Positions 59,031-59,465 of a stretch of DNA of 59,465 bases are shown piece after piece. The position numbers and the translations under genes are program-made. The notes under the pieces are model-generated. The model saw nothing but the letters and a program-made list of their open reading frames with translations, was not told the DNA's origin and made no database searches. Source of the DNA: Tolypothrix carrinoi HA7290-LM1 (lineage in GTDB: Bacteria > Cyanobacteriota > Cyanobacteriia > Cyanobacteriales > Nostocaceae); NCBI GenBank assembly GCA_019358935.1, contig JAHHIK010000046.1:1-59465 (forward strand), written 5' to 3'. The stretch's first letter is position 1. Each line of letters opens with the position of its first letter.

Positions 59031-59340
59031 ATGAGGCTTTGATACTCTTTAATGAGGCTTTTATATAGATGAATGAGGCTTTTATACTCTTTAATGAGGC
59101 TTTTATATAGATGAATGAGGCTTTTATACTCTTTAATGAGGCTTTTATATAGATGAATGAGGCTTTTATACTCTTTAATGAGGCTTTTATATAGATGAAT
59201 GAGGCTTTTATATAGATGAATGAGGCTTTTATATAGATGAATGAGGCTTTTATATAGATGAATGAGGCTTTTATATAGATGAACGAGGCTTTTATATAGA
59301 TGAACGAGGCTTTTATATAGATGAACGAGGCTTTTATATA
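59031..59340. repeat. 21-bp tandem array, 14 full copies plus one partial
   Basis: Units ATGAGGCTTTTATATAGATGA, ATGAGGCTTTTATACTCTTTA and ACGAGGCTTTTATATAGATGA. Confidence 0.95.
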
Positions 59341-59465
59341 CAGGACTTACGCAACTGGCACATTGCGATCGCCAATTAGTAGTAATTTAGTACTAGAAAC
59401 AAGTATTTCTGAAATCAGCCCTTTTTAGAATTGTTGATAGAAATGAATCAAGTAGATTCCGGGAA
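59341..59465. mobile_element. Probable end of an IS/MITE that runs off the window
   Basis: CAGGACTTACGCA, the same terminus as at 51777 and 53193, cuts the 21-bp array mid-unit. Confidence 0.5.

Noticed and set aside
59031..59340. CRISPR array
   Set aside because: The unit is only 21 bp and the variable part is 7 nt with two recurring variants; there are no unique spacers and no cas genes in the window
1..59465. tRNA, rRNA, riboswitch, prophage or integrase
   Set aside because: None was recognised by eye; a covariance-model scan would be needed to exclude small RNAs in the long intergenic regions (39560-40160, 41110-41590, 48900-49280)

Overview
Chromosomal window from a heterocystous cyanobacterium (Nostocales). 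The evidence is frequent HIP1 octamers (GCGATCGC), heptameric STRR arrays between genes, and chlG, petP, crtR, pipX-pipY-sepF. Layout: (1) chlG/Get3-ArsA/petP; (2) an ABC-transporter-dependent polysaccharide (O-antigen-like) locus at 3.6-18.9 kb with wzm/wzt, a coiled-coil+methyltransferase, GT4s, gmd, rfbC/D/A; (3) core genes pyk, crtR, kinase, PstS-like, aroH, sppA, mlaE, plsY; (4) a ~5 kb accessory islet at 31.8-36.8 kb (Uma2, frameshifted Y1 transposase between inverted double hairpins, Pepco-like, HsdR-N-like, frameshifted PIN-like gene plus partner, SAM-methyltransferase-like + AlkB pair); (5) der-ecfT-pipX-pipY-sepF-proC-helicase; (6) a ~12 kb minus-strand oxidative tailoring cluster at 46.7-58.8 kb (GNAT-like, three Rieske oxygenases, ferritin-like diiron protein, CylC/AurF-type dimetal enzyme, ferredoxin, sterol-desaturase/FA-hydroxylase, LbH acyltransferase, GH3-type amide ligase), interrupted by an AT-rich two-gene insert; (7) a 21-bp tandem array cut by an IS/MITE-like end. 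Cluster (6) is the best candidate for an uncharacterised system: no PKS/NRPS/ACP/FAAL is visible and I know of no product. The window also holds 45-nt self-nesting mini-elements and GTAG-type REP hairpins, some inside coding sequences. No tRNA, rRNA or CRISPR array was seen. All family assignments come from motif recognition by eye; no searches were run.
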